Positions 1-10,095 of a stretch of 64,000 nucleotides of DNA are shown here, piece by piece. Position numbers and translations under genes: made by a program. Each line of letters opens with the position of its first letter. Position 1 is the stretch's first letter. The DNA is from a bacterium. GTDB lineage: Bacteria > Krumholzibacteriota > Krumholzibacteriia > G020349025. The stretch is taken from contig JANLSU010000111.1 in NCBI GenBank assembly GCA_031362565.1, forward strand, positions 11,412 through 75,411. The letters are read 5' to 3'. The notes under the pieces are model-generated. The model worked only from the letters and a program-made list of their open reading frames with translations, was not told the origin of the DNA and did no database searches.

Positions 1-79
1 CGGTGGCCAGCAGCAGCACGAGCACGGCCACTATAAGAAGAGGTGAACCTGTACGACGGACAGGGCTCGCGGTCGACAT
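1..79 (-). CDS. N-terminus of a probable secreted/membrane protein, runs off the left edge
   Basis: ATG at 79 (minus) reads MSTASPVRRTGSPLLIVAVLVLLLAT, a signal-peptide-like stretch; only 26 codons visible. Confidence 0.35.
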   Translation of the reverse strand, partial: MSTASPVRRTGSPLLIVAVLVLLLAT

Positions 80-97
80 GGAGTTGGGAGCCGATCG

Positions 98-700
98 TCA
101 AGCTCGACGGGATCTCCGAGCGTTTCCACTCACGGCATCAGGCCATCCCAACCGTCGCGATCGGGCCGGTTCCCGGAGGCTGCCGCTCGCTGCGTGGCCT
201 GTGCCTCGCAGGTATGGGCGAAGATGGTCCGCCAGAAACGGCTCGAGCCGCTGGCGCTCGGTCTCGGAGAGATGCTTGAAACCGCGGATGGGCCCGAGGC
301 AATGCACACTCCCGCACCGGCAGTCGAAGGGCTCCGCCATGTCGTATTCGGTCGTGTTGTAGTTGAACGTCACGCCTTCCCAAGGCGCGAAGTCACGGAG
401 CGCGATGACGTCCATCCCTTGGATGAAGGCGTTGGGATCGCAGCTGTGGTTCATGAACCGCCAGAAGTAGCGGTCGAGAATCTGCTCGGCGGTCAGTCCG
501 GGGCTCACTTCCAAGTGCTGGTCTTCGCCGATCTGGACGGTGTAGCGCGTCGGGTCAGGCGAGGGCTCGCCCTCCATCCGGAACAACCGCTCGCCCGCAT
601 CGAAGGCGCGAGCTGTGACCAGACGGTATTCGCCCTCCACTCGGACCACGCCGACACTGGGCTTCGTGACTGCCTCGATCAACTGAGTTTGACGTTTCAT
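98..700 (-). CDS. SET-domain protein-lysine methyltransferase with post-SET motif
   Basis: RFMNHSCDPN, TFNYNTTE and post-SET FDCRCGSVHC motifs; start taken at MKRQTQ (ATG 700). Confidence 0.85.
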   Translation of the reverse strand: MKRQTQLIEAVTKPSVGVVRVEGEYRLVTARAFDAGERLFRMEGEPSPDPTRYTVQIGEDQHLEVSPGLTAEQILDRYFWRFMNHSCDPNAFIQGMDVIALRDFAPWEGVTFNYNTTEYDMAEPFDCRCGSVHCLGPIRGFKHLSETERQRLEPFLADHLRPYLRGTGHAASGSLREPARSRRLGWPDAVSGNARRSRRA

Positions 701-833
701 GCTTCCATATATAACAAGTCGGCGCCGATTGCATAGGGGGAAAGTGTTCAAAAGATCATTTTGTGGACCGATCGAACCATCGCGATAGAGTTCTGATAGC
801 GATAGAGGACCCGACGATGCGGTTCGCGCTGAT

Positions 834-3137
834 CTAGTCGCCGGCCACGGCGTGCCCGGCGGTGGAGCGGGCCGTGCGGAAACGTTCGCCATGGAGGGCC
901 ATGAGCACTTTTTCCGGCGTGATCGGTGCTGAGAAGGCGAAACGTGCCGCTGGATTTGCCTGGAGGACGGCGTCGCGGACCGCGAAGTAGGCGCCGATGC
1001 CATAGAGAAGCGGTGGTTCGCCGACGGCCTTCGATCCGAAGAGGGCGGTAGGCGGTCCCTCGGTGTCGAGGGCATGGATCTCGAGCCGCGCGGGGGCGGC
1101 ATACACATCGGGCACCTTATAGGTTGAAAGAGCATTGGTGCGGAGCCGGCCTTCGGTGTCGAAGAGCAGCTCTTCCATGGTCATCCAGCCGATGCCTTGC
1201 ACGATGCCGCCCTCGGTTTGCCCGCGGTCGACGATTTCGTTCATGCTGCGGCCGAAATCATGCATGGCGATGACGGTTTCGATCTCGTACCGGCCGCGGA
1301 CGACGTCCAAGCGCGCGACGATCGCGGCCGTACCATAGACGTGGTACGAGAACGGGGCGCCCTTGCCGGTCGTCCAGTCGAAGTGCACACCCGGTGTCGC
1401 GTAGTGGGCGTGTTCGGAGAGCGCGATCCGGGCAAAATAGGCTTCCCGGACAAGCTCTACCCATTCGAGGGCCGTGGCAGTGGCGCCATCATGCACGCGC
1501 TCGGCCCGCAGAACCAAACCGGCGGCGGTGGGCCGTCCCAAACGCCGGGCGGCGAATTCCAAGAGCCGCGCGCCTATGGCCTCACAAGCCTCTTCGACCG
1601 CCTTGCCGTTCAAGTCGGCACTGGCGCTCGCCGCCGACGGGGACGTGTTGGCGGCCCGCGTCGTATTCGTCGTCTCGACCCGCACTCGCCCGGTGTCGAT
1701 GCCGAGGGTGATGGCCGCCGTCTGCGTGATCTTAGTGTTGACCCCCTGGCCCATCTCGACGGCACCCGTCGAAACCCCAACACTGCCATCCTGATAGACA
1801 TGCACGAGAGCGTTCGCCTGATTCATTAAAGTCTTGGTGAACGAGATGCCGAAGCAGATTGGCATCAGCGCCAGGCCCTTTTTCTCGACCGTGTGCGACG
1901 CGTTGAATGCCTGAACGTCGGTGCGGAGCTGCCCGAGGTCTCCGGCGCGCTCGAGCCCATCCCAGGTCGGCCGCGCATTGCAGCCGGTGGCCCGCTGGCC
2001 ATAAGGGAATTCGTCGCCCTCTTGCAGGAGGTTCCGCCGCTGGATGTCGGCGCGGTCGATGCCGAGCGCCTCGGCCGCATGCGCGATCGCCGCTTCGATG
2101 ACGAACATGCCCTGCGGGCCGCCGAAGCCGCGAAAAGCGGTATGCGGCACGACGTTGGTGCGGCAGCTATAGGCCGTGGCATGCGCATTCGGCACGAAGT
2201 AGGTGTTGGTATGATGGAAGAGGGTGCGTTCGAGGACCGCCGGTGACAGGTCGGCCGCCGCACCACCATCCTGATAGAACGTGACCTCGTAGGCCAGGAT
2301 CCGCAGGTCCGCCGCAAGTCCGATCTTATAGTCGGAGGTATACGGATGGCGCTTGCCGGTCATGCGCATGTCGTCCATGCGATGCAGCGCGATCTTGACC
2401 GGGCGCTTGGTATGGAGCGCCCCAAGCGCCGCCAAGACCGCCCACGTCGTCGCCTGGTCCTCCTTGCCGCCGAACCCGCCGCCCAAGCGCGTCACGTCGA
2501 CCTCGATGCGATGCATCGGAACGCCCAGGACGCGGGCCGCGGTCCTTTGCACCGCCGTCGGCCCCTGGGTCGAAGAGTGAATGCGAATGCCGCCGGCTTC
2601 CGTACACCAGGCGTAGGCGCCTTGGGTCTCGATATAGAGATGCTCCTGGCCGCCGGTATCGGCCCGGCCCTCGAAGACGTGCACGCAGTCGCGCCACGCC
2701 GCATCGACGTCACCCAAGCGAAAGCTCTTCGGCGGGACGAGCAGTTCTCCCTGTCGTGCCGCCTCGCGCGGATCGAGGATGGCCGGCAACGGATCGATCG
2801 CAGCCTGCATGGCGGCCGCGCCGGCGCGTGCGGCCGCGTCGGAGGATGCCAGCACGAGCGCAATGGGCTGGCCGCAGAAGTGGACTTGGCCGTCGGCCAG
2901 CAACGGCTCGTCAGGCACGATGCCGCCGATCTGATTGGCGCCCGGAATGTCGGCCGCGGTCAGTACCGCAATGACACCGGGGACCGCGATGGCGCCGCTC
3001 GGATCGATGCGGCGCAAAACGCCGTGGGCGACAGGTGAGGCAAAGACCGCACCGTGCAACGTGCCGGTGAGTTCCGGGACGTCGTCCAGGTAGATGGACT
3101 CGCCGCGCAAGTGGCCCCAGGAATCGATGTTCTTCAC
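834..3137 (-). CDS. xdhB: Xanthine dehydrogenase molybdopterin-binding subunit
   Basis: GQEHLYIET, RLGGGFGGKE, TAFRGFGGPQG, EMGQG and SKAVGEPP motifs; overlaps xdhA stop. Confidence 0.93.
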   Translation of the reverse strand: MKNIDSWGHLRGESIYLDDVPELTGTLHGAVFASPVAHGVLRRIDPSGAIAVPGVIAVLTAADIPGANQIGGIVPDEPLLADGQVHFCGQPIALVLASSDAAARAGAAAMQAAIDPLPAILDPREAARQGELLVPPKSFRLGDVDAAWRDCVHVFEGRADTGGQEHLYIETQGAYAWCTEAGGIRIHSSTQGPTAVQRTAARVLGVPMHRIEVDVTRLGGGFGGKEDQATTWAVLAALGALHTKRPVKIALHRMDDMRMTGKRHPYTSDYKIGLAADLRILAYEVTFYQDGGAAADLSPAVLERTLFHHTNTYFVPNAHATAYSCRTNVVPHTAFRGFGGPQGMFVIEAAIAHAAEALGIDRADIQRRNLLQEGDEFPYGQRATGCNARPTWDGLERAGDLGQLRTDVQAFNASHTVEKKGLALMPICFGISFTKTLMNQANALVHVYQDGSVGVSTGAVEMGQGVNTKITQTAAITLGIDTGRVRVETTNTTRAANTSPSAASASADLNGKAVEEACEAIGARLLEFAARRLGRPTAAGLVLRAERVHDGATATALEWVELVREAYFARIALSEHAHYATPGVHFDWTTGKGAPFSYHVYGTAAIVARLDVVRGRYEIETVIAMHDFGRSMNEIVDRGQTEGGIVQGIGWMTMEELLFDTEGRLRTNALSTYKVPDVYAAPARLEIHALDTEGPPTALFGSKAVGEPPLLYGIGAYFAVRDAVLQANPAARFAFSAPITPEKVLMALHGERFRTARSTAGHAVAGD

Positions 3138-4585
3138 GCCAGTTCCTCCCAGCGAACGCGTTCCGGGAAGAGCGTCAAGAAGTGGGCGTAGACGAGCTGC
3201 TGCAGGAGGAGCGCCTTGTATTCGGCGGAGCCTCGGGCGTCGGAGATGGGCGCGATCTCGCTGACCGCGAGCGCCGCAGCCTCACCGGCGGTTGCTGCAT
3301 CCACGCGCCGCCCCGCCAGGAAGGCGCTCGTCTTGGCGAGGAAGAATGGCACTGGCGCGACGCCGCCGGCGGACAAGGCCGCGCCGGTGATGACGCTCCC
3401 GTCCGTTTCGAATCGCGCCGCCGTATTGACGCTCGCGATGTCGAGATGGGTGCGCTTGCACACCTTTTCGAAGTTGAATGCGGTGCGGGCGTCCGGGCAG
3501 GCGAATGAAACGGCCGCGATGAACTCGTCGCCCTCACGGTCGAGCGTCTTGTAGCTCTTGTAGAAGCGCCGCAATGGCAGTGTCCGGGTCCCCGCGGGCC
3601 CGGCCAGATGGACTTCGGCCCCGAGTCCCAGGAGCAAGATGGTCATGTCGCCGATGGGCGAGGCGTTCGACAAGTTGCCGCCCACGGTCGCCATGTTGCG
3701 GATCGGCGACGAAGCGACCCATTCCAAGAAGAGGCCAACGCGTGGTACCAGGCGCTGTATGTCGGGCGATTCGACGAATTCGCTGAACGTCGTCGCGGCG
3801 CCGACTTCGCAGCGGCCGTCGCGCAGACGCACGCCGCGCCACGCGGCATGGTCGAACGTCGGGTGGAGTGCCGAGTGCTCCATGGCTTCAGGCCGTTGGA
3901 CATAGAGATCCGTGCCGCCGCCGACGGCGACCGGTGCATGATTGACGGTCGCCTTGCCGGTCGCGGCCGGTAGTGGTCCGGGGGCCGCGGCCGCCGCCGG
4001 GATGAACTGCGCCAGCCGGCGCGGGATGCTGCGGAACGATTGCGGCACGTACCCCTGCGTCACGAGCCATTCGAGGCGGTTTGCACCCGGGCGATCGGCG
4101 AGCGCGCGCGTCAAGCGCGCCGCCGCCCGTTCAATACTCTTGTAACCCGTGCAGCGGCAGATGTTGCCATCGATCGCGGCCCGGGCGGCGCCGTCCGACG
4201 GTTGCCGTGCATCGAGGCAGTAGCCCGCGAGCGAGACCACGAACCCCACCGTACAGAACCCGCACTGCGTCGCGCCTTCGTCGGCCATGGCCTGCTGCAC
4301 CGGCGACAACGCATCGGGGAGGTTCAGGCCTTCGATCGTCACGACGTGCTTGGCCTGGACGTTGGCGAGCGGCAACAGGCACGAGGTCATCGCGCGGTAG
4401 ACGACATCCGCGCCATCCAGAGTTCCGACGAGCACCGTGCAGGCGCCGCAGTCGCCTTCGCGGCAGCCGATCTTGGTGCCGCACATCCGCCGAGCGCCGC
4501 GCACGAAATCGAGCACCGTCATCCCCGGGCTCGCGTCCGTCGCCACATCCGCGTCGTTCAAGACGAACCGTAGAGGCGTAGTCAT
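3134..4585 (-). CDS. xdhA: Xanthine dehydrogenase small subunit (2x[2Fe-2S] + FAD)
   Basis: GCREGDCGAC, QCGFC, GNICRCTGY, GGTDL and IRNMATVGGN motifs. Confidence 0.93.
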   Translation of the reverse strand: MTTPLRFVLNDADVATDASPGMTVLDFVRGARRMCGTKIGCREGDCGACTVLVGTLDGADVVYRAMTSCLLPLANVQAKHVVTIEGLNLPDALSPVQQAMADEGATQCGFCTVGFVVSLAGYCLDARQPSDGAARAAIDGNICRCTGYKSIERAAARLTRALADRPGANRLEWLVTQGYVPQSFRSIPRRLAQFIPAAAAAPGPLPAATGKATVNHAPVAVGGGTDLYVQRPEAMEHSALHPTFDHAAWRGVRLRDGRCEVGAATTFSEFVESPDIQRLVPRVGLFLEWVASSPIRNMATVGGNLSNASPIGDMTILLLGLGAEVHLAGPAGTRTLPLRRFYKSYKTLDREGDEFIAAVSFACPDARTAFNFEKVCKRTHLDIASVNTAARFETDGSVITGAALSAGGVAPVPFFLAKTSAFLAGRRVDAATAGEAAALAVSEIAPISDARGSAEYKALLLQQLVYAHFLTLFPERVRWEELA

Positions 4586-4720
4586 GTGGAAAAGATATCA
4601 CACGCCCGAGCGGCCCTGCGCCCGCCCTGCGCCCGCCTTGCGCCCGCCGCGGCGCCAAGGTTAGCGTGGGCGCGGATCGCCATCGAGCCCTCGCACCATC
4701 GCCCCAAGGAGGTTCGCCGC

Positions 4721-5143
4721 ATGAAAGCGTGGATTTGGGTCACTGCAGCAGGGCTCGCCGTGAGTGGCTGCTCGGGAGAGGTCCGGACGACGAGCCAGGG
4801 CGACGACTTGTCGTCGCAGCGCACGACGACTGCGGCGACGCTGCACACGAACAAGGACGACGTGTTGCTCGAGCAAGGCCGCAAGGCGGCCTCGGTCGGC
4901 GAATACGCGACCGCCGCGGGGCGCTTCGAAGCCGTCTATCAGCATTTGGATGCGGGACCGGAGCGGCGCGCCAACGCGCTCTATCACCTGGGGCTCGTGC
5001 AGTCGAATCTGCTCAACACCAAGCGCGACTCGCAGCAGGCCATGGCAACATTCCGGAAGCTCCTGGACGAGTTCCCGAAGTCCGATAAGCGCGATGCAAC
5101 CGAGCAAGCCATCGCCGGCCTGCAGAAGAGCGGCACGAAGTAG
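4721..5143 (+). CDS. TPR-like lipoprotein (BamD/YbgF-like)
   Basis: AGGAGG RBS; lipobox LAVSG-C; helical repeats ALYHLG...FRKLLDEFPKS. Confidence 0.7.
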   Translation: MKAWIWVTAAGLAVSGCSGEVRTTSQGDDLSSQRTTTAATLHTNKDDVLLEQGRKAASVGEYATAAGRFEAVYQHLDAGPERRANALYHLGLVQSNLLNTKRDSQQAMATFRKLLDEFPKSDKRDATEQAIAGLQKSGTK

Positions 5144-5155
5144 GCGGAACGAAGT

Positions 5156-7657
5156 TCAGTGGACGTGGATGACGCGACGGGTGACGTTGCCGGCGTCGGA
5201 GTCGAGGCGCACGAGGTAGGCGCCGGCGGCGACACTGCGGCCGGCCGAGTCGCGTCCATCCCAGGCGATCTCCTGCGTGCCTTGGCCGATGCCCGTCGCG
5301 AGAACGCGCACGAGCCGGCCATCGACGCCGTACACCGCCGCCCGGAACACCGTCGGGACCCGGAACGAAGCGCGGAATGACGTCGTGCCGACGAACGGAT
5401 TCGCCCCCGATGCCGCGAATTCGACCGCCGGTTGGTGGCCGGCAAGCGGCCCCGCATCGGTCGTGTCGTTGGGATACACGAGCACCTTGATATCGTCGAC
5501 ATGCCAGCCGTCGGCCACCGTACCCGTGTCGCTCGTCGAGCGGAAACGCAGGCGCAGGTTCGATAGGCCGGCGTACGCCGAGAGATCGATGACTTCCGGC
5601 GTCATGAAGAGTTGCGTCATGTCGTAGCCCGGTACGCCGAGCGTTTGGGTGCCGCCGGTGTAGTTGCCGGTCGTGCCGTGGCCGGGACGCGTATTGCGGC
5701 CTGCGACTGCCGTCCAGGTGCTGCCGTTCGTCGATACCTCGACGCGTCCAAAGTCGTAGCCACCCTCGTACGACCACTGCGTATTGAAGGTCAGAAACGC
5801 CTTCGCGCCACCGCTCAAATTGAGCAGCGGGGTCAACGTCAAGCGCGTGTCGACGTTATCGGCGTAGTTGCCGAACGGCGAGTCCGAGAACTGCGGGTTG
5901 GCGGCGACCGTTTGAATCCCCCAGCTCGTGGCACCCGCGGTCACGGTCCAGTTCGCGAGGCCGCCCGACGCGTTGTCCTGGAACACCACGACCGGCTGTC
6001 CAACGGTGATTGTTGTCGTATCTCGCAGCGTGTAGGTGCCTTGGTCGGTGATCTGCAGATAGATGGGCACAACGGTGCCCGCCGGTACGCTTGCCGCGGC
6101 ACTGATGCCCAGGCGGTCGCCGGCGGACGCCCCGGCCGCGCCTGGAGCGAGTGCAGCGTACGTCGCCGTCGCGTCGGTGATGGTGATGCCGGCCGCCGCC
6201 GTCGATGCGGTCACGGTCACGGCGCCATTCGTCGCATCCAACCCCAGGTTCTTGAGCGTCACATCGACTTCCGCCGACCCGTTCGGGTGCAACCAGCCAT
6301 CGGTCGAAACGAGTGTGGTCCCGTCGCTCCGCACGTAGGGTCCCGCCGCGTACGACAGGACAACGTTGGACCGGAACTGCGAGTGGGCGAGCGGCACGAT
6401 GCGCGATGCCGCCGGCCAAAAACCATCGTCCTGATTGCCGCACTCGGTCGTGACTGCGATCACCTTCGGCTTCGATACCTGGTCCCCGTACAGCCAATCG
6501 TTCGAATCGCCATTCACCGGGTACAGCAGGTCGACCGGAATTCCGTAGGCGTAGAACGCGTCACGCGCCATGTCGTCGGCGAGCGCGATGAAGACGCCCG
6601 AATCCGGCGAGTTGGCGCCGTTGTAGGCCCACGGATACAACGTGCCCTCGAAGTACGTGTGGTAGTTGTTCGAAGTTCGGAACCCGTGCAAGATGGCGAA
6701 GTCGCGCAGTCCCTGCGTTTCCGGTTCGCTGAAAGCGGACGGACCCCGATACGTGGTACTCGCCGGCGACGGCGACGACCCGGAGCTGTCGAAGCCCCAC
6801 TGGAACCCGTAGTTGCGGTTCAAATCGACGCCGTCTTGGGTGTTGATAATGCCGTTGGCGTCGTTGTCGCGGGCGTTCTTGCGCCACAGCCCGGGGGTGC
6901 CGGTGTTGGTCCAAGTCGTTTGGTTGATCAAATAGCCGTCGGGATTCATGAGCGGCACGAACCAGATCTCGCGATTGTTGACCAGGTAGGTCAGATTCGG
7001 ATCGACCCCGTAGCCTTGCAGCAGCTTGTTTATGAAGTAGATCAGGACCTGCATGCCTTCCGGCTCGCGGGCATGCGTGAGACCCGTGAAGAGGACGCGG
7101 GGCCGCGAATGATCCGGTTGGGACTCGTTGGCGATACGCACGGCGCGAACGGCGCGCCCTTGCCGCGACGTCCCGATGGTCACGACACTCGACACGATGC
7201 CGTTGGGATCATTCCCGGCGATGCTGTCGAGATAGGCGTTCACTTCATTGTAATTGTAGAAACCGGCGAACGAGCCGCTGCCGAAAGGCGGTACGGCGGC
7301 GGTCGGTGCGCCAGGCGTTGCTTTGGGCGCCAGGCCGCTGCGGCGAGCGTAGGTCGCGCCTACGTCTTGATCCAAAACGCGCGCCGCGAATCCGGCCGCG
7401 CGCAACGTCTCCAGGTCACCCGGCCAAGCCAGGATTTGCGCCCAGGCGCCTTGCTTCTGACCGATGAGATCGAGCCCCAACGCCAAGAACCGGTCGCGCG
7501 CCGCGCCGTCAGCGAGATCGACCTGAACGAGGGAGACAGCCAGTGCGACCGCCACGTCGGGGCGAGCAACGGCAGGCGCGGGCCGCGCCGGCAGAGCCGC
7601 GAGCGACACCGCGAGGATGGTGCATGCGGCGAGGACGCCGCGGGGCGTTGGCTTCAC
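5156..7657 (-). CDS. Secreted M14 zinc carboxypeptidase (carboxypeptidase T-like) with immune-inhibitor-A-like beta domain and C-terminal FlgD-Ig/T9SS-like domain
   Basis: Signal peptide; HAREPEG, RKN, DLNRNY and YHTY motifs; YDFGRVEVS...GWHVDDI; C-terminal NPF...WDGRD...GAYLVRL. Confidence 0.88.
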   Translation of the reverse strand: MKPTPRGVLAACTILAVSLAALPARPAPAVARPDVAVALAVSLVQVDLADGAARDRFLALGLDLIGQKQGAWAQILAWPGDLETLRAAGFAARVLDQDVGATYARRSGLAPKATPGAPTAAVPPFGSGSFAGFYNYNEVNAYLDSIAGNDPNGIVSSVVTIGTSRQGRAVRAVRIANESQPDHSRPRVLFTGLTHAREPEGMQVLIYFINKLLQGYGVDPNLTYLVNNREIWFVPLMNPDGYLINQTTWTNTGTPGLWRKNARDNDANGIINTQDGVDLNRNYGFQWGFDSSGSSPSPASTTYRGPSAFSEPETQGLRDFAILHGFRTSNNYHTYFEGTLYPWAYNGANSPDSGVFIALADDMARDAFYAYGIPVDLLYPVNGDSNDWLYGDQVSKPKVIAVTTECGNQDDGFWPAASRIVPLAHSQFRSNVVLSYAAGPYVRSDGTTLVSTDGWLHPNGSAEVDVTLKNLGLDATNGAVTVTASTAAAGITITDATATYAALAPGAAGASAGDRLGISAAASVPAGTVVPIYLQITDQGTYTLRDTTTITVGQPVVVFQDNASGGLANWTVTAGATSWGIQTVAANPQFSDSPFGNYADNVDTRLTLTPLLNLSGGAKAFLTFNTQWSYEGGYDFGRVEVSTNGSTWTAVAGRNTRPGHGTTGNYTGGTQTLGVPGYDMTQLFMTPEVIDLSAYAGLSNLRLRFRSTSDTGTVADGWHVDDIKVLVYPNDTTDAGPLAGHQPAVEFAASGANPFVGTTSFRASFRVPTVFRAAVYGVDGRLVRVLATGIGQGTQEIAWDGRDSAGRSVAAGAYLVRLDSDAGNVTRRVIHVH

Positions 7658-7661
7658 GGCA

Positions 7662-8717
7662 TCAGTATATCTCGGGAGACGAGGCGCGGTCTACGGGGCT
7701 TGTGGGCGCCGGTGGTGCCAATCGCTCCGCAATCCCGCTTCGGGCCGGATGCGACGCGCGAAGGCCTTCCGGCCCGGCCGCGGCGACCTCCGGAAGCGAT
7801 GCGGCCGGGCGCGCCGGCCGGCGCGACGCCGTGACGAGCAGCACGACGCCGGTCACGATGAGCGCCGCTGCCAGGACGCCACTCGGCGGAATTCGTTCGC
7901 CGGCCACGAGCCAGCCGAGCGCGACGGCAACCAGCGGATTGACGAACGCATAGGTCGTAGCCCGTGTCGGTGTGGTGGCGCTCAACAAGTACACGTATGC
8001 ACTGAAGGCGACGATCGCTCCGAACACCACCAGGTAGCCGGTTGCAACGAGCGAGCGCGTCGAAACCGCGTTTGGATCGAAGGCCGCGATCTCACCGCGG
8101 AGCGCCCCGGCAAGCACCAGCCACGCGCCACCCGTCAGCATCTCCATGGCGGTCGACAGGAATCGCGACCGGGGCAGATCGGCGCGGCGCGCCAGCAACG
8201 AGCCCCAGGCCCAAGAGGCCGAACCCAGCACCAGAACGATGGCGCCGAGCGGATCGACGGCGTGGCCGCCGGTCGCATCGCGAGCGCGCATGAGCCAGGC
8301 GACGCCGGCGAGCCCCAAGCACAGCCCAATCGCCACGCGACCCGAGGGGCGCGCCGATTCGCCGCGCCACCATTCGAGGAGCGCCATCCAGAGAGGCACG
8401 GTTGCGATGACGAGCGCGGTCAATCCGGAGGGGACGCGTTGTTCGGCCCACACGACGCAGCCATTGCCGCCCAGCAGCAAGAAGGCGCCGATCGTGGCCG
8501 CATTCCGCCACTGGGCGCGCGTCGGGCGTTCGCGCTCCCGCCAGTACCCGATCGCGAAAAGGATCGAGCCGGCGATCAGGAACCGTATCCCGGCCATGAG
8601 AAGGGGCGGGATCGTCTCGATCGCGATGCGGATCGCGAGGTACGTCGATCCCCAGATGAAATACACCGCGAGAAAGGCCATGAGCAGCAGCGACCGCCGC
8701 GGGGCGTGCTCAGTCAT
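7662..8717 (-). CDS. EamA/DMT family transporter (YedA-like)
   Basis: AVYFIWGSTYLAIR and YAFVNPLVAVALG; about 10 TM helices. Confidence 0.9.
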   Translation of the reverse strand: MTEHAPRRSLLLMAFLAVYFIWGSTYLAIRIAIETIPPLLMAGIRFLIAGSILFAIGYWRERERPTRAQWRNAATIGAFLLLGGNGCVVWAEQRVPSGLTALVIATVPLWMALLEWWRGESARPSGRVAIGLCLGLAGVAWLMRARDATGGHAVDPLGAIVLVLGSASWAWGSLLARRADLPRSRFLSTAMEMLTGGAWLVLAGALRGEIAAFDPNAVSTRSLVATGYLVVFGAIVAFSAYVYLLSATTPTRATTYAFVNPLVAVALGWLVAGERIPPSGVLAAALIVTGVVLLVTASRRPARPAASLPEVAAAGPEGLRASHPARSGIAERLAPPAPTSPVDRASSPEIY

Positions 8718-9228
8718 CGAGGGCCTCCACGGTGTCGCCGTTCAGGCGCTCGGCAGGTGCGCCGAGCGGCAAGCAGCCGGTCTCTTTAATAGTAGTGAGG
8801 ACGATCGTGGTGCGGGTCGAACGGACCTCCGGAATGGCCCCGAAGCCGTCCCGCAAGAGCCGCCCCAGGGCCTCGGTGTTTTCGACGCGCACTTTGACGA
8901 GATAGCAGTCCTCGCCGGCGATGTGATGGACTTCCTGAACCTGCGGCACCCCGGCCAGCCGCTCGCCGACGGCGCCAGAGCCGACGCGCTCATCGGCACG
9001 CACGAGCACGAACGCGGCAAGTCCTACCCCGAGCGCCACGGGATCCAGGCGCGGTTCGTAGCCGCGGATGACGCCGCGGCTCTCGAGCTTGCGGAGGCGT
9101 TCGAACACGGCGGACGGCGCCATCTCGACCTGGCGCGCGATCTCAGCATTCGAAATCCGCGCGTCCGTCTGGAGAAGGCGGAGGATCTCGAGGTCGGTTG
9201 CGTCGATCGTTCCCTTTTCGATGCTCAT
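8710..9228 (-). CDS. Lrp/AsnC family transcriptional regulator
   Basis: IDATDLEILRLLQTDARISNAEIA...RLRKLESRGVIRGY; overlaps the EamA start. Confidence 0.92.
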   Translation of the reverse strand: MSIEKGTIDATDLEILRLLQTDARISNAEIARQVEMAPSAVFERLRKLESRGVIRGYEPRLDPVALGVGLAAFVLVRADERVGSGAVGERLAGVPQVQEVHHIAGEDCYLVKVRVENTEALGRLLRDGFGAIPEVRSTRTTIVLTTIKETGCLPLGAPAERLNGDTVEALDD

Positions 9229-9318
9229 GGGAGAAGTTTAGTCTGCAGATTTATCTATTTCAAGAAGGCCAATCGGGAGGTTGGACGGCGGTCGATTGGT
9301 CTGGTGCGCGACCGGGCA

Positions 9319-10095
9319 TCATCCGTACCGGCCTTCGACATACTCGGCGGTCTTGTGGTTTTTCGGGCTCAGGAACAGATCCGCGGTGTTGTCGTGTTCG
9401 ATCAGCTTGCCCAGCAGCATGAAGATGCACTCGTCGCTCGCCCGGCGCGCCTGCGCCATGTTGTGCGTCACGATGACGATCGTGTAGTGCTCCTTCAGGG
9501 TGAACATGAGTTCCTCGATCGCCCGAGTGCCCTCGACGTCGAGTGCGGAACACGGTTCGTCCATGAGGATCACTTCGGGCTTCAAGGGGATGAGCCGCGC
9601 AATGCACAGCTTCTGTTGCTGCTCGAGCTGCAACTCGGTGGCTCGGTGGCGGAGCCGGTCCTTGAGGTCCTTCCACAACCCCACCTCGGTGAGCGCTTTC
9701 TCGACCGCGTCGTCGAGCACCGAGCGCCGCAGCTCGGAGCGCCCCGAGTGGATCCGCAGGCCGAACACGACGTTCTCGTACACCGACAGCGGCAGCGGAT
9801 TGGGGCGTTGAAACACCATGCCGACGGCCTTGCGGAGCTCGATGAGCGAGATCTCCGGCGCATAGATGTTCTGTCCCAGGATGTCGATCTCGCCCGCGGT
9901 CCGGACGTAGCCGTAGCGCTCGTTGACCCGGTTGAAGCACCGTAAGAGCGTCGTCTTGCCGCATCCTGAAGGCCCAATGAGCGACGTGATGATCCGTGGA
10001 CGGATCAGCAGCGACACGTCGAAGAGCGCCTGGAACGTGCCGTACCAGAGGTTGAGACCGCGAGTGGCGATCGAATATGCGCCCGGCTCGCTCAT
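9319..10095 (-). CDS. pstB: Phosphate ABC transporter ATPase, copy with degenerate signature motif
   Basis: GPSGCGKT, MVFQRPNP, ILMDEPCSALD and VTHN motifs intact; signature reads LQLEQQQ instead of LSGGQQQ. Confidence 0.9.
   Translation of the reverse strand: MSEPGAYSIATRGLNLWYGTFQALFDVSLLIRPRIITSLIGPSGCGKTTLLRCFNRVNERYGYVRTAGEIDILGQNIYAPEISLIELRKAVGMVFQRPNPLPLSVYENVVFGLRIHSGRSELRRSVLDDAVEKALTEVGLWKDLKDRLRHRATELQLEQQQKLCIARLIPLKPEVILMDEPCSALDVEGTRAIEELMFTLKEHYTIVIVTHNMAQARRASDECIFMLLGKLIEHDNTADLFLSPKNHKTAEYVEGRYG

Noticed and set aside
4604..4655. Short GCGCCCGCC(C/T)T tandem repeats upstream of xdhA
   Set aside because: About three low-complexity GC copies, expected by chance or slippage
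5612..7834. Long antisense or alternate-frame ORFs (also 8146-9945, 19336-21570, 35679-37634, 54549-56675 and the 5' extension 56714-58114)
   Set aside because: Shadow ORFs typical of high-GC DNA: Arg/Ala/Pro-rich, no motifs, overlapping well-supported genes
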